64,000 nt of DNA from an uncultured Acidobacteriota bacterium (GCA_963804995.1 CAWDSK010000006.1:608001-672000), one strand, 5' to 3'. Counted from the stretch's first letter, positions 1-11,783 are shown. A program made the numbers and translations. Notes: a model not told the origin generated them from the sequence alone.

Positions 1-353
1 GAGCGCTGTCATCGCGTGGGGCTCATCCACCAGGGCCGCATGCTCTTTTGCGATCGGCCGGAGGAATTAAAGCGGAAATTCCCCGGTGAGATTCTGGCCG
101 TGCATGCCTCGCAGCCGGGGCAGGTGCGGGAGGCGCTGGCGGGGGCGCCGGGTGTGCGTAGTGCCTTGCTGGTGGGCGACCACGTCCATCTGTTTGTGGA
201 CAATGCGGCCGGCCGCCTCGCGGAGTTGCGCGGGCGCCTGGAGTCCGCCGGAGTCGCCTACGATTCCATCCGCCAGGTTGCGCCGAGTATTGAGGATCTT
301 TTTGTTTCCGCCGTGGAAAACGAACCCTCGACAACAACTGGAACGAAACCTTC

Positions 354-357
<4 letters not shown>
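1..357 (+). CDS. ABC transporter ATP-binding protein, C-terminal part (5' end outside window)
   Basis: Open from base 1 (ERCHRVGLIHQGRMLF...PSIEDLF); same C-terminal pattern as the next ATPase (PSLEDVF). Confidence 0.85.
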
Positions 358-1306
<949 letters not shown>

Positions 1307-1310
<4 letters not shown>

Positions 1311-2440
1311 GCCTGCGCCGCATCCTGGCCATGACGCGCAAGGAAGTGATTCAGATCCGGCGCGATCCGCGCAGCCTCCTGATCATCATCGCCATGCCGC
1401 TGATCCAGCTCTTCATCTATGGCTATGCGGTGAACCTGGACATCAGGCACATCCCCCTTTGCGTGTACGACCGTGACGCAACCCAGACCAGCCAGGACCT
1501 GCTGAAACGTTTTCAAGCGACCGACTACTTTGACATCGTTCGCGTGTCACCGAACTACCGGGACGTTGTCCGGCACATCGATCAAGGCGCCTGCACGGTG
1601 GCGGTGGTGGTACCGCCGCAGTTTTCGGAAACGTTGCGGTCAAGCGGGCAAGCGAGTGTGCAGGCGCTGCTCGACGCGAGTGACAGCAACACAGCCAACA
1701 TTGGCATGGGCTATACCCTGAGCATCCTGCAGGCCTACTCGCAGCAGGTTCAGATCGATTGGCTGCAGCGGCGCGGTGCGGCCCCGATGGCCCCGGCCGT
1801 CACCTTTCAGCCGCGCACGTGGTTTAACGAAGATCTGGCGAGCATGGCGAACATCATCCCGGGCGTTGTGGCTCTGGTGATGGCGGTGGTGGGCGCCTTT
1901 CTGACCTCGCTCACCATCGCGCGCGAGTGGGAGCGCGGCACGATGGAACAACTCATTTCGACACCCGTGGGCAAGCTGGAAATTGAGATTGGAAAACTTC
2001 TGCCTTACTTCGTCATCGGAATGCTGGACACTGCGCTGTGCGCCGGCATGGGAGTTTGGTGGTTCGGTGTTCCCTTCCGGGGAAGCTGGACCCTCATGTT
2101 CGGCTGCTCGATGTTGTTTCTGATTGTGGTGTTGTCGCTCGGCTACCTGATTTCCGTCGTAGCCAAGTCGCAGCTTGCCGCGAGCCAACTAGCTCTGCTG
2201 ACCACGTTTTTGCCGGCCTTTCTCCTGTCGGGTTTCGTATTCCCCATCGAGCAGATGCCGATCGTTGTGCAATGGATCACCCGAGTCCTGCCGGCGCGCT
2301 ATTACGTCTCGATCTTGCGAAACGTTTTCCTGAAGGGCACCCCGGCACGCTTGATGGCCGGACAAGTGACCGCCCTGGCCATCATTGCGGCAGTATCGAT
2401 CACGCTCGCCACCCGCGCGTTTCAAAAGAGGCTGGAATGA
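1307..2440 (+). CDS. ABC-2 permease (YbhS-like)
   Basis: KEVIQIRRDPR, AREWERGTMEQL motif, multiple hydrophobic helices; ATGA overlap with ATPase. Confidence 0.93.
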
Positions 2441-3585
2441 GTTTTCGCTCCTCACTCACGCGCATCCGTCAAATGCTGGGGAAGGAATTCATCCAGACGT
2501 TGCGCGATCCCCGCACGCGGTGGATGTTGATTGGCCCCCCGGTCATCCAGATGTTGGTCTTTGGATACGCGGCCACGCTGGATGTGAAGCATGTGGAACT
2601 GGCGGTGCTCGACTTGGACAACACTCAGGAGAGCCGTGAGTTGGTTTCCCATTTCTCCGCCAGCCGCTATTTCGATTTGAAGACGCATGCCGCGCGGCGC
2701 GAGGAGCTCCGCGACGGAATCGACCGCGGCGACGTTCTGGTCGCGCTGGAAATTGATTCCGGGTTTGCCCAGCGCCTGCGCACTGGGCAGGGCGCAACCG
2801 TACAAGCGTTGGTGGATTGTTCAAACTCGAACACGGCCCTGGTGGCGCTCGGCTATCTCAACCAGATCGGCGCCCAATTCGCCCGGGGCATTCAGCTCGA
2901 CCAGCTAGGGCGAACGGCGCCGCAGTTGATGGCTTTTCTGCCCCAGGTCGACCTGCAGGTCCGGCCGTGGTTCAACGAAGCCCTGGACAGCCGCTGGTAT
3001 TTCGTTCCGAGCGTCATTGGCAATCTCACGCTGATTATGGTCATGATGTTGACTGCCTTCGCCGTAGTGCGCGAACGCGAGATTGGCACGCTTGAGCAAG
3101 TCATGGTCACGCCCATCCGCCGCTGGGAGTTCATCCTGGGCAAAACAATTCCCTTCTTCCTGATTGGCTGCTTTGACGCCGCCATGATTTCTCTGGTCGG
3201 GACCCTGTGGTTCGGCGTGCCCTTTCGTGGAAGCCTATGGGTGCTGGCCGCCGGAGTTGTGGCCTTCATCTTCGCCTCCCTGGGTCTGGGACTCCTGATC
3301 TCAACCATCTCCGCTACCCAGCAACAGGCCATGATCACGTCCTTCTTTTTCACCATGCCGATGATCACCCTTTCCGGATTCGCCACGCCCATCAGCAGCA
3401 TGCCGAGGTTCTTCCAGGAGCTGACCTACCTCAACCCCATGCGCTATGTCATGGTGGTCCTGCGCAGTGTCTATCTCAAGGGCGTGGGCTTTGACGTGCT
3501 CTGGCCGCAGATTGCCGCCATGGCAGCCTCGGCGGTGATCCTGCTGGGTATCAGCGTCCTGCGCTTCCACAAATCGCTCGAATAA
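2437..3585 (+). CDS. ABC-2 permease (YbhR-like)
   Basis: Start ATG 2437 overlaps upstream stop; KEFIQTLRDPR, VREREIGTLEQ. Confidence 0.93.
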   Translation: MSFRSSLTRIRQMLGKEFIQTLRDPRTRWMLIGPPVIQMLVFGYAATLDVKHVELAVLDLDNTQESRELVSHFSASRYFDLKTHAARREELRDGIDRGDVLVALEIDSGFAQRLRTGQGATVQALVDCSNSNTALVALGYLNQIGAQFARGIQLDQLGRTAPQLMAFLPQVDLQVRPWFNEALDSRWYFVPSVIGNLTLIMVMMLTAFAVVREREIGTLEQVMVTPIRRWEFILGKTIPFFLIGCFDAAMISLVGTLWFGVPFRGSLWVLAAGVVAFIFASLGLGLLISTISATQQQAMITSFFFTMPMITLSGFATPISSMPRFFQELTYLNPMRYVMVVLRSVYLKGVGFDVLWPQIAAMAASAVILLGISVLRFHKSLE

Positions 3586-3605
3586 AGGCACAGCCTTTCC
3601 GCACA

Positions 3606-3763
3606 GACGCCCCTGCTCCTGCGGCCCACCACTGACGATGAAATTGCGCGCAGCGCTTTGGACTGCGGTAGCAGCAGCTACCGCCTTCCGCCTTGGGTTC
3701 ATACGCCAAATGTGCAGATTGCGGAGGAAGAAAAGCGGTAGCTGCTGCTACCGCACTCCAAAG
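3606..3763. repeat. Palindromic repeat family A, copy 1 (inverted pair of GCGGTAGC-nnn-GCTACCGC hairpins)
   Basis: ttggactgcggtagcagcagctaccgc ... gcggtagctgctgctaccgcactccaa; near-identical copy at 7942-8098. Confidence 0.9.
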
Positions 3764-4045
3764 TGCCTTCGGCACAGCAATTTTCAGGGCAGCATGCGGC
3801 GGTGCCCCTCGGCGAGCGGATGGTAATTTCGACAAGCTCGGCCAGAGACCGCCGCTCCGGCCACCGCCGCCCCACGATTCTCGCACTGGATTTCCGGAAC
3901 GATGTACAATGGCGCGCCGAGTGGCCGCTCGATCTGTCCTCACCTAAGTTGTACCCGCAGGTTGTCCGCGGAGGCCGTCAAGTGCAGAGGGTTATTGCAG
4001 CGCCAAATTCGAGTCACCCTACAACACGCTGGATGGGAGTCATCC

Positions 4046-6691
4046 ATGACTATCTTGAATCGTCGCGATTTTATTTCGATTATTGCAGCATCACTGGCTA
4101 GCAAAGGTTTCGCCCAGTCGGGGCAAGAAATCCCCATCATCCTTTCTGCTGACGCCGCACCCGTGGAGAAATTCGCCGCCATCGAGCTCGCGAAGTATCT
4201 TCACACGCTTTTCCCCGCCGGCGGGTTCAGCGTAACGGAGGGGGCGCCGCCCAGCGGCCCCTTCATCCGTTTGGGCACGCTCCAGAACTCTCCGCAACTA
4301 TCCAGTTATGTTGCCAAGCCTGATCTTACCCATTCGGATAGCTATGTCGTTACTACCGCGCATGACGGGCAGGCGCCGGTCGGAATCATTGCGGGCCATG
4401 ACCCGCGCGGCACGCTGTTCGCCGTTTACGCGCTGATGGAGAAATTAGGATGCGGCTTTTATCTTTCTTACGACGCGCGGCCTGATGCGCAGTCAGGCCC
4501 CTTCACTTTCGATGCCTGGAAACTCGCGGATACTCCCCTGGTGCAGGATAGGATTATTTTCAACTGGCACAATTTTCTGAGCGGCTGCTCGGGCTGGGAT
4601 TTACCGGATTGGCAGAAGTGGATCGACCAGGCCGCCAAGATGCGCTTCAATTCCATCATGGTGCATGCCTACGGCAACAACCCCATGTTCTCATTCACCC
4701 ACAACGGCCAAACCAAGCCGACGGGTTTTATTACCACCAGCGCCCGCGGCCGCGACTGGGGCGCAGAGCACGTGAACGATGTGCGCAGGGTCTGGGGAGG
4801 CGGCGGAATATTCGAAAACCCGGTGCTGGGGGCGCCCGCCGCACAGGTTCCCGATCAGCAAACTGTCGAAGCGGCGATGCGCCTGATGCAACAAGTCTTC
4901 GCCTATGCGAAAAGCCGGGGCCTGGGCGTGAACTTCGCTCTGGATGTGGATACTCACTCCGCCAATCCGCAGAACATAATTTCGACGCTGCCCGAATCCG
5001 CTCGCATTGCGACGGGGAAATACTTGCTGGCGAATCCGGAGACGCGTGAGGGATTAGCCTATTACGAAAGCCAGGTGCGCCAACTGATGGGGAGCTACCC
5101 GGAGATTGACCGGATTGTTCAGTGGTTTCGCACGCCCGGCAGTCCCTGGAGCCCCTGGCGCGACCTGCCGCCTGCCGATTTCCCCGCGCCCTGGAAGGTG
5201 GAATACCAACAGGCGATGGAGAAGACGCCCTCACTTAAAACTGACCGGGACGCACCCGGCCTTTTCGCCATCAACAAGATCACGCAAGCTTTTCGCCGAT
5301 GCCTGGACAAAATCGGGAAGAAGCACGTGCAACTGGCGCTCGGCAGTTGGGAGTTCAAATATCTGCACGCGGCGGACACCTTCATGAGTCCTGAGATCGC
5401 CATGATTGGCATTCATCAATACCCCACCTACGGAAAGGAGGCCACGCAGGACACGATTCATGCCGTCAGTTCCCATCGCCAGGTTATTGCCCTGCCCTAC
5501 GCGCAGGATGACGATGGCGCGTATGCCGGGCGCCCCTACACGCCTCCCGCGGGGTTTGCCTCGTGGCTGGAACAGAGCGGCTGCGCGGGCTACGGCATAC
5601 TGCATTGGACGACGCGGCCGCTGGACATCTACCTCAAAAGTCTCTCCGTGCAGGTTTGGAAAAGCACCCGCGACCAGCGTCTCGATGAAACTTGCGAGCA
5701 GATGGCGGAGCGTACTTTTGGACGCGCCGGGCGGGCGGCTGGGGCCAAGTATCTTCTGCGCTGGATTACGGAGGCGCCCCTGTTCGGCCGCGATACCACC
5801 GACCGATTCATCGACCGCACCTTGCCTGAAGCCACTGAAGTTGCCATCGCCAGCCGGCAGCGGGTTCAAATATTGGATGAGATGCTGCCCTCATCACTGT
5901 CCGCGCAAGGTGTGGAATGGGTGTCGTACTTCCGGGAGTGGGAGCGCTTCGTTACGGAATTCTTCGCGAGTCATTCCGCGTGGGCACGTTCGGTGAAATT
6001 AGGAAAAGCCGGGGACATTGCTCAGGCACGGGAACAACTCGCCCAGAGCCAGCCCGAGCGGGTGCTGGAGCAATATGCCCGCATGGCGACGCGCCTGGGC
6101 AGCACGCCCGGAGAGAGGGGATTGCTCGTCTCCATGAACCTGCGTTGGCTGCCCTACATTGTTTCCACCCGCCAGGCCCTGGGCGTGGACGCCGTGCGCT
6201 GGAACTTCCAGCCCACCCAGGGCGAGACGCTGGCTCAGCTACCCGGCAGTTTCACTTTCTTCATCGATAGCGAGCACCACCTTTGGCGCGGCTGGGGCGA
6301 AAAAGAGACCAGTCAGCCCTGCTTCGCCAGCACCGAAACGCTGGAGGATCTCCGCGACGCCTACCTGGAGGTTCAAAAGCCATTCTCGTTGTCTCTGCGC
6401 TGCATCATGGGTGAGCCACTTCTGAAAGGAAAGTACAACGCGAAACTCTTTTTCCTTCCCGTGACGCAGCAAGCGCCCGAGGGCAGCGTCGATCTGGAGT
6501 TGCGAGGCTCCGGGCACGCGCCGCCCGTCAGGGACCACGTGGACCTGCGCCAAAAGTCTGCGGATAACTCCGGAGTGGTTACGGCGAGTTACCCTGTCAA
6601 TATCGACCAGGGTTATCTGCAATTGGATATTAAGCCCGTGGCGGGCAAGGTCCACTTGTGCGGCGTCGTGCTTGAGCCGGCTGCGGCGTGA
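4046..6691 (+). CDS. Tat-signal glycoside-hydrolase-like protein (GH20b/GH67N-like N-domain, catalytic family unassigned)
   Basis: NRRDFI twin-arginine signal; EKFAAIELAKYL and GHDPRGTLFAVYALME N-domain pattern; WIDQAAKMRFN. Confidence 0.65.
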   Translation: MTILNRRDFISIIAASLASKGFAQSGQEIPIILSADAAPVEKFAAIELAKYLHTLFPAGGFSVTEGAPPSGPFIRLGTLQNSPQLSSYVAKPDLTHSDSYVVTTAHDGQAPVGIIAGHDPRGTLFAVYALMEKLGCGFYLSYDARPDAQSGPFTFDAWKLADTPLVQDRIIFNWHNFLSGCSGWDLPDWQKWIDQAAKMRFNSIMVHAYGNNPMFSFTHNGQTKPTGFITTSARGRDWGAEHVNDVRRVWGGGGIFENPVLGAPAAQVPDQQTVEAAMRLMQQVFAYAKSRGLGVNFALDVDTHSANPQNIISTLPESARIATGKYLLANPETREGLAYYESQVRQLMGSYPEIDRIVQWFRTPGSPWSPWRDLPPADFPAPWKVEYQQAMEKTPSLKTDRDAPGLFAINKITQAFRRCLDKIGKKHVQLALGSWEFKYLHAADTFMSPEIAMIGIHQYPTYGKEATQDTIHAVSSHRQVIALPYAQDDDGAYAGRPYTPPAGFASWLEQSGCAGYGILHWTTRPLDIYLKSLSVQVWKSTRDQRLDETCEQMAERTFGRAGRAAGAKYLLRWITEAPLFGRDTTDRFIDRTLPEATEVAIASRQRVQILDEMLPSSLSAQGVEWVSYFREWERFVTEFFASHSAWARSVKLGKAGDIAQAREQLAQSQPERVLEQYARMATRLGSTPGERGLLVSMNLRWLPYIVSTRQALGVDAVRWNFQPTQGETLAQLPGSFTFFIDSEHHLWRGWGEKETSQPCFASTETLEDLRDAYLEVQKPFSLSLRCIMGEPLLKGKYNAKLFFLPVTQQAPEGSVDLELRGSGHAPPVRDHVDLRQKSADNSGVVTASYPVNIDQGYLQLDIKPVAGKVHLCGVVLEPAAA

Positions 6692-6694
6692 GTG

Positions 6695-6992
6695 CTAGTG
6701 CGGTGTCCCGTGTTAGAGTTGACAATGGGTAGAACCCCCTCACCCGTCTGGCATCGGCTGATGAGAACGCCTCGGCCAGCCACCCTCTCCCCCAAAGGGG
6801 CGAGGGCAAGAAAATCAACTCCCCCCTCGGTCGCCGCGGCGACCGAGGGGGGAGTTGATTTGCATTTACTACTCGCGTTGGCAAGGCGGGGCGGAGGAGT
6901 GATTCGTATTTACAGCCCTCGGTTGCCGCGGCGACAGAGGGTGGACCGCAACCGGCGTCTTCATCAGCCGGGGCGGGACGGGTGAGGGGGTC
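6695..6992. repeat. Palindromic repeat family B composite (left end of CTAG-bounded MITE-like element plus internal perfect hairpin)
   Basis: First ~125 bp nearly identical to the start of 18390-18600; perfect inverted repeat aaatcaactcccccctcggtcgccgcggcgaccgaggggggagttgattt. Confidence 0.85.
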
Positions 6993-7032
6993 CATGAGTC
7001 GAAGGGCACAGAACGAAACCCACGACGGGTGA

Positions 7033-7855
7033 TTAATAGAGCGCCTTGCCCGTGGTATCAGGCGCGGCCTTGCCGAGCGGGTCGAGAAGCTGCCGAGCGC
7101 CGCGCGCCATGTACATCAGTTCCGTGGTGGTTTGAAAGAAACGGAAGCCTTGCTCGAACGTACTTTTGGATTTGCGCGGCATCCTTGACCGGCGCTCCCA
7201 GGAATTTCTGATGGGCTTGGCCGGCGGCAATAATTTTCTTCAGCGCCTCTTGCACCTTGGGATGATCCACCTGCCCGCGGCATCCCAGCGAGAATGACAG
7301 GTCGCTGGTTCCCACAAAAATAACGTCAACCCCGGGCGTGGCGGCGATCGCGTCAATCTCTTCCACGGCGCGGGCTTCTTCGACCACGATGATCACCATG
7401 ACGTTGCGATCGGCGAAGTCGTGGTAACCCTCGGGCGCCGGCCAACGGAACGTTGCGAGGCCCGGGCCCGAGCCGCGCCGTCCGTGGGGCGGATACTTGC
7501 ACGCCGCCACCGCCTGGCGTGCCAGCTCCGGCGTGCTGGTGAACGGGAACATCACGCCCAAAGCGCCGGCGTCGAGCACGCGCTTCGCAGTCCACAGCTC
7601 GTTGATGGGAACCCGGGCAAAGGGTATGGCCTTCAGTCCGCGTGTGGCCAGAACCATGTTGCGCAGGGTTTCGAGCGTGATGGGGCTGTGCTCCATTTCG
7701 ATCCAGAGGAAATCAAACCCCAGGTTCGCGGCCTGCGCCGCAATTTCCGGGCTCGCAACCGTGAGGGTAATCCCCACCACCGTGTTCCCTTCCCGCAGAG
7801 ACTTCCGCACAGGATTTTCCCAGACCCCTTGCGGACCCGCATTTTCAGTAGCCAT
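7033..7855 (-). CDS. HpcH/HpaI aldolase family protein (apparent frameshift at ~7157, probably sequencing error)
   Basis: GFDFLWIEMEHSP, KRVLDAGALG, IFVGTSDLS; removing one base in CTCGAAC 7153-7159 joins KYV to EQGFRFF...KALY. Confidence 0.85.
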
Positions 7856-7941
7856 GATGCCTCTCCTTGAAAAGTATGAAAACGGTCACGTGATGATTAA
7901 CCGGACTTCTCAAACCTTGAACCTCGCTGAGATCTTACGAG

Positions 7942-8098
7942 GACGCCCATGCTTCTGCGACGCAACACTGACAATGAAAATGCGCGCAGCGCCTTGGACT
8001 GCGGTCGCAGCAGCTACCGCCTTCCGCCTTGGTTCATTCGGTAAATGTGCAAATTGCGGAGGAAGAAAAGCGGTAGCTGCTGCTACCGCACTCCAAAG
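7942..8098. repeat. Palindromic repeat family A, copy 2
   Basis: Direct copy of 3606-3763. Confidence 0.9.
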
Positions 8099-8107
8099 CC
8101 ACCATAT

Positions 8108-8129
8108 GGCGAGGTAAACTCGCCGCTAC
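8108..8129 (-). repeat. GTAG-type REP-like palindrome
   Basis: Reverse strand reads gtagcggcgagtttacctcgcc. Confidence 0.6.
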
Positions 8130-8222
8130 GACATCGAGCTGAATCACTACCCGACGGCCCAAGGTTAAGTCATCCCCCCGATGCGCGTCTATCGGAATCT
8201 CTAACCGCAACCGCGGCCCCGG

Positions 8223-8266
8223 TTTTCACTTTTGCCCTTTGCCTTTTGCCTTTTGCATTTTGACTT
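8223..8266. repeat. Degenerate heptamer tandem repeat (TTTGCCT-type)
   Basis: tttcact tttgccc tttgcct tttgcct tttgcat tttgact; related tract at 10074-10116 shares the tail ttgacttgttcttgcgcccc. Confidence 0.75.
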
Positions 8267-8438
8267 GTTCTTGCGCCCCAGCAGCGCTGCCCCCTCGGGA
8301 TAACCAGCCCAAGTTTATCCTGGCAACCCATAATCCGTGTTGCGATTCCGCCGCTTCCTGAGCATACTAGCGCACCGGGTGAGGGCCGCAAGAACCGATC
8401 CGCGGCACCCTCACCCCATAACCACGGAGGCACAAACG

Positions 8439-9267
8439 ATGTCGCGAAATACCTGGTACGCTGTTCTCACTTTGTCATTGTTATTCTCAACGGCCGTATG
8501 GAACGTAACTGCCCAGGAAACCAAGCCGGCTTTCCACTGGCCGGAGGGAAAGCGGGTCGCCGTCAGCCTGTCGTTTGACAACGGGCGCGCGAGCCAAGTT
8601 GATACAGGTTTAGACGTCATAAATCCCACTGGCGTCAAGGTTACCTTCTTCGTTAATCCGCCCGCGGTCAAGGAGCACCTCAACGGCTGGAAGCGCGCCG
8701 TGGCCAGTGGGCACGAAATCGGAAGCCACAGCGTGACCCATCCTTGCACGGGCAACTTCCCCTGGTCGGCCAAGAACGCCTTGGAGGATTACACTCTGGA
8801 CCGGATGTCCAGGCAGCTCGAACGATGCCAGCGCGCAGATTCAGGAGCTGCTAGGCGTCCACCCCACTACCTTCGCTTATCCTTGCGGCCAGAAGTTTGT
8901 AGGCCGAGGACCGCAGATGAAGAGCTACATCCCGCTGATCGGCCAGAAGTTTCTGGTGGGGCGCGGGTACATGGATGAATATTACAACGACCCGCTGGTT
9001 TGCGATCTGGCCCAGGCCGGCGGCATCGCCTTCGATGACATGGATTACATCGACATGGTGAAAAACATCACGAAGGCCGCCCAGCAGGGTGGATGGATTA
9101 TCTTTGCCGGCCACGACATCGGCCAAAAGAAATTTCAGTGTACCGATACCATTGCGCTCGCGGCGCTCTGCCGGTACATGAAGGACCCGGCCAACGGGAT
9201 CTGGATCGACACGGTTGAGAACATCGGAAAATACGTGATCAAGCAACGCGCGGCTCTGGGGAAATGA
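8439..9267 (+). CDS. Secreted polysaccharide deacetylase (NodB/CE4) (apparent frameshift at ~8821, probably sequencing error)
   Basis: RBS ggagg, signal peptide, SLSFD(N), GHEIGSHSVTH; removing one A restores QLDDASAQIQELLGVHPTTFAYPCG. Confidence 0.88.
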
Positions 9268-9347
9268 GGGCGAGCGACGCGAGGCTCTCTTATTTGCGAT
9301 TTGTGATTGGTGATTTGGCTAGTCCTTGCGGCCCTGCCGCTTAAAAC

Positions 9348-9444
9348 ACTCCCCTCCTCAGATGAGGAGGGGTGGCGCGACGAGCCCCGATAGCGCGTTC
9401 TTTCCAAATTGATCATCGGGGCCGAGCGCCGGGGTGGTGCTGAC
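9348..9444. repeat. Palindromic repeat family C with nested 40-bp module
   Basis: actcccctcctcagatgaggaggggtggcgc also at 51745; 40-bp module 9381-9420 identical to 46385-46424. Confidence 0.85.
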
Positions 9445-9552
9445 CGTGGGGTCACGCCACAGGGCCAGTTTCTACATTTCGACGGAGGGAATTGATACCT
9501 ACGCCTGCAGCGGTCGGTTCCGGCAATCACGGTGCGCTCTCGTGAATTCTTT

Positions 9553-9879
9553 CTCTCGCCCCCTTGGGGGAGAGGGTGGCGAGCCACCGGCGTTTTCATC
9601 AGCCGGGGCGAGACGGGTGAGGGGGTTAACAACCGTGAATATTGACGTGACCATGAATACCCTGCGACCGCATCGCCCGGCGCGATCCCCCCGCGCAGCG
9701 CGGTACGCTTTGATCGCCCGTGATTTTCGCGACGCGCCGAACCGCAACCGAACCCGTACGCGCCGCTGCACCTTAACTTGCGATGGCGAGCGCGTTCAGT
9801 TCAGACCCCCTCACCCGTCCCGCCCCCGCTGGTGAAAGCGCGGGTTGCGGTCCACCCTCTCCCCCAAAGGGGCGAGGGC
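9553..9879. repeat. Inverted pair of family B palindromes (9553-9627 and 9804-9879)
   Basis: ccccctcacccgt...caccctctcccccaaaggggcgaggg unit in opposite orientations, as in the 6695 and 18390 elements. Confidence 0.85.
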
Positions 9880-10168
9880 TGAGATTCTGCATGGTAGGTT
9901 TTGAAAATGTAGAAACTCCAGCCACGGGTGTCCCGCCCGTGAGCGGCACGGCCAGGACCCCGATGGATCGGGGCAGGTCGGCCGTGGCACGTTGTGGTTG
10001 CAGCCTCCCACTGCACTGTGCTACCGCTTGTTTAGAGGGTCCCATTGAGCAAGATCACGGTAAAAAGTTTAGTTTTTCACTTTTGAGTTTTGCGTTTTGC
10101 GCTTTGCGATTTGACTTGTTCTTGCGCCCCGGCCACACCGCCCGAACAGCAACGGAGGAACGCTTCGC

Positions 10169-11362
10169 ATGGAACCACCCCCCAAGCCCATTCCCAGCGG
10201 GTCAAGCCGGCAATCCGAGATTTATCAGGACAGCGTAGCAGGCCGGAAGCCTCTGGTCCCGGTTTCCGTCACGCAACTTGAGCAGCGCGCCAAAGAAGTC
10301 CTAAGCCCGGAGGCCTGGGTTTTTGTGAACAGCGGCGCGGGTGGCGAGGCCGCGATGCGCGCCAATCTCGCCGCCTTCGACCGCTGGCGCATCCTGCCGC
10401 GCATGTTACGTGATGTTGCGGATCGCGACTTAAGCGTGGAAATCTGCGGCCAGCGGCTGCCCGCCCCCGTCGTGCTCGGAGCGGCCGGCGCCCAGGGGAT
10501 CATCCACCCAGGAGGCGAAGTCGCAGCCATGCGCGGCGCGGCGGGCCTGGGAATCCCCTTCACCATGGGCACGCTATCGTCCAAAAGCCTGGAGCAGGTG
10601 GCGGAGGCTGCCGCGGGTTCGCCGCACTGGTTCCAGCTTTATCCGAGCCATGATCCTGAGATTACCGCGAGCCTCCTCGGCAGAGCGGAGCGCGCCGGGT
10701 ATAGCGTGGTCGTGATGACGCTTGACGCCCCGCTGCTCGGATGGCGCGAGCGGGACCTTGATATGGGCTCCCTGCCAACCATGCGGGGTCACGGCCATGT
10801 TAACTACTTTAACGATCCCGTCTTCCGCTCCCGGCTCGCCGTCCCGCCGGAGCAAGACCCGGCCGCCGCTACCCAGCTATGGTTGGCCGCGCGCTCCTGC
10901 GGCTCGCTGACCTGGAAGGAATTTGAGCACGTGCGGCAGAACACTCACGTGCCGTTGCTGCTCAAGGGCATTCTGCATCCGGAAGACGCGCGCCTGGCGG
11001 TTGAGCGCGGGGCCGACGGCATCATCGTCTCCAATCACGGTGGCCGCCAGGTGGATGGAACTGTCGCCGCGCTCGATGCCCTGCCCGCCGTCGTCAAGGC
11101 CGTGGGGAATCGGGTTCCCGTGCTGCTCGATAGCGGCGTGCGGCGTGGCGCGGATGCGCTCAAGGCTCTGGCACTGGGCGCGCGCGCCGTGGTGCTGTGC
11201 CGTCCCTACCTGTGGGGATTGGCCATCGCGGGTGAGGCGGGCGTGCGCGAGGTCCTGCGCAACTTCCTCGCCGATCTCGACCTGACCCTGGCCCTCAGCG
11301 GCTACCGCACCTGCCGCGACCTCGACCCGTCATTCCTCATCGGCCCGGAAGGCGAACCCTGA
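10169..11362 (+). CDS. FMN-dependent alpha-hydroxy-acid oxidase (lactate 2-monooxygenase-like)
   Basis: ILPRML, WFQLY, LLKGILHPEDA, IVSNHGGRQVD, DSGVRRG. Confidence 0.93.
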   Translation: MEPPPKPIPSGSSRQSEIYQDSVAGRKPLVPVSVTQLEQRAKEVLSPEAWVFVNSGAGGEAAMRANLAAFDRWRILPRMLRDVADRDLSVEICGQRLPAPVVLGAAGAQGIIHPGGEVAAMRGAAGLGIPFTMGTLSSKSLEQVAEAAAGSPHWFQLYPSHDPEITASLLGRAERAGYSVVVMTLDAPLLGWRERDLDMGSLPTMRGHGHVNYFNDPVFRSRLAVPPEQDPAAATQLWLAARSCGSLTWKEFEHVRQNTHVPLLLKGILHPEDARLAVERGADGIIVSNHGGRQVDGTVAALDALPAVVKAVGNRVPVLLDSGVRRGADALKALALGARAVVLCRPYLWGLAIAGEAGVREVLRNFLADLDLTLALSGYRTCRDLDPSFLIGPEGEP

Positions 11363-11783
11363 ATGGCAATCCGATAATTTCTTTTCAGCAAGAGGTTTGG
11401 GCTATTTGTGGTATGCCGAAAATAGGAATGGCTCGATCGCTTGGTCGCAGCTCGACCGCGCGGCGCGCCCTGCTTCGAGCGGCTGATATCCTAATATGGC
11501 AAGAGTTGGCGTGAAAGCCGGAGGTGGAAAATCTGCGCGTCCGGCCGGGCGGGGGGGGGTAGGGAGGCCGGGCTCAGCCTCGCGCGCTCGCCGACGCTAT
11601 TGATGTAAGCTCACGACGTTTTGTCAAAGTGGGACTGTCCCACATGTTGCGCTCCGCGGGGCATAGCGAGCGAGGTCCCACTTAATTTCCCAACTTCATG
11701 CGTTTTCTTCCTATGGCATTTCACGTGCGGCTCCGCCGCATTTCCTTCCAGCTTTACGGCGGTTTGCCCCTCCACCAAGTGGG

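Noticed and set aside
3606..9879. Short ORFs across palindromic repeats (e.g. 3638-3826, 6630-6995, 9434-9835)
   Set aside because: Translations of repeat DNA; the same peptide words recur wherever the repeat occurs
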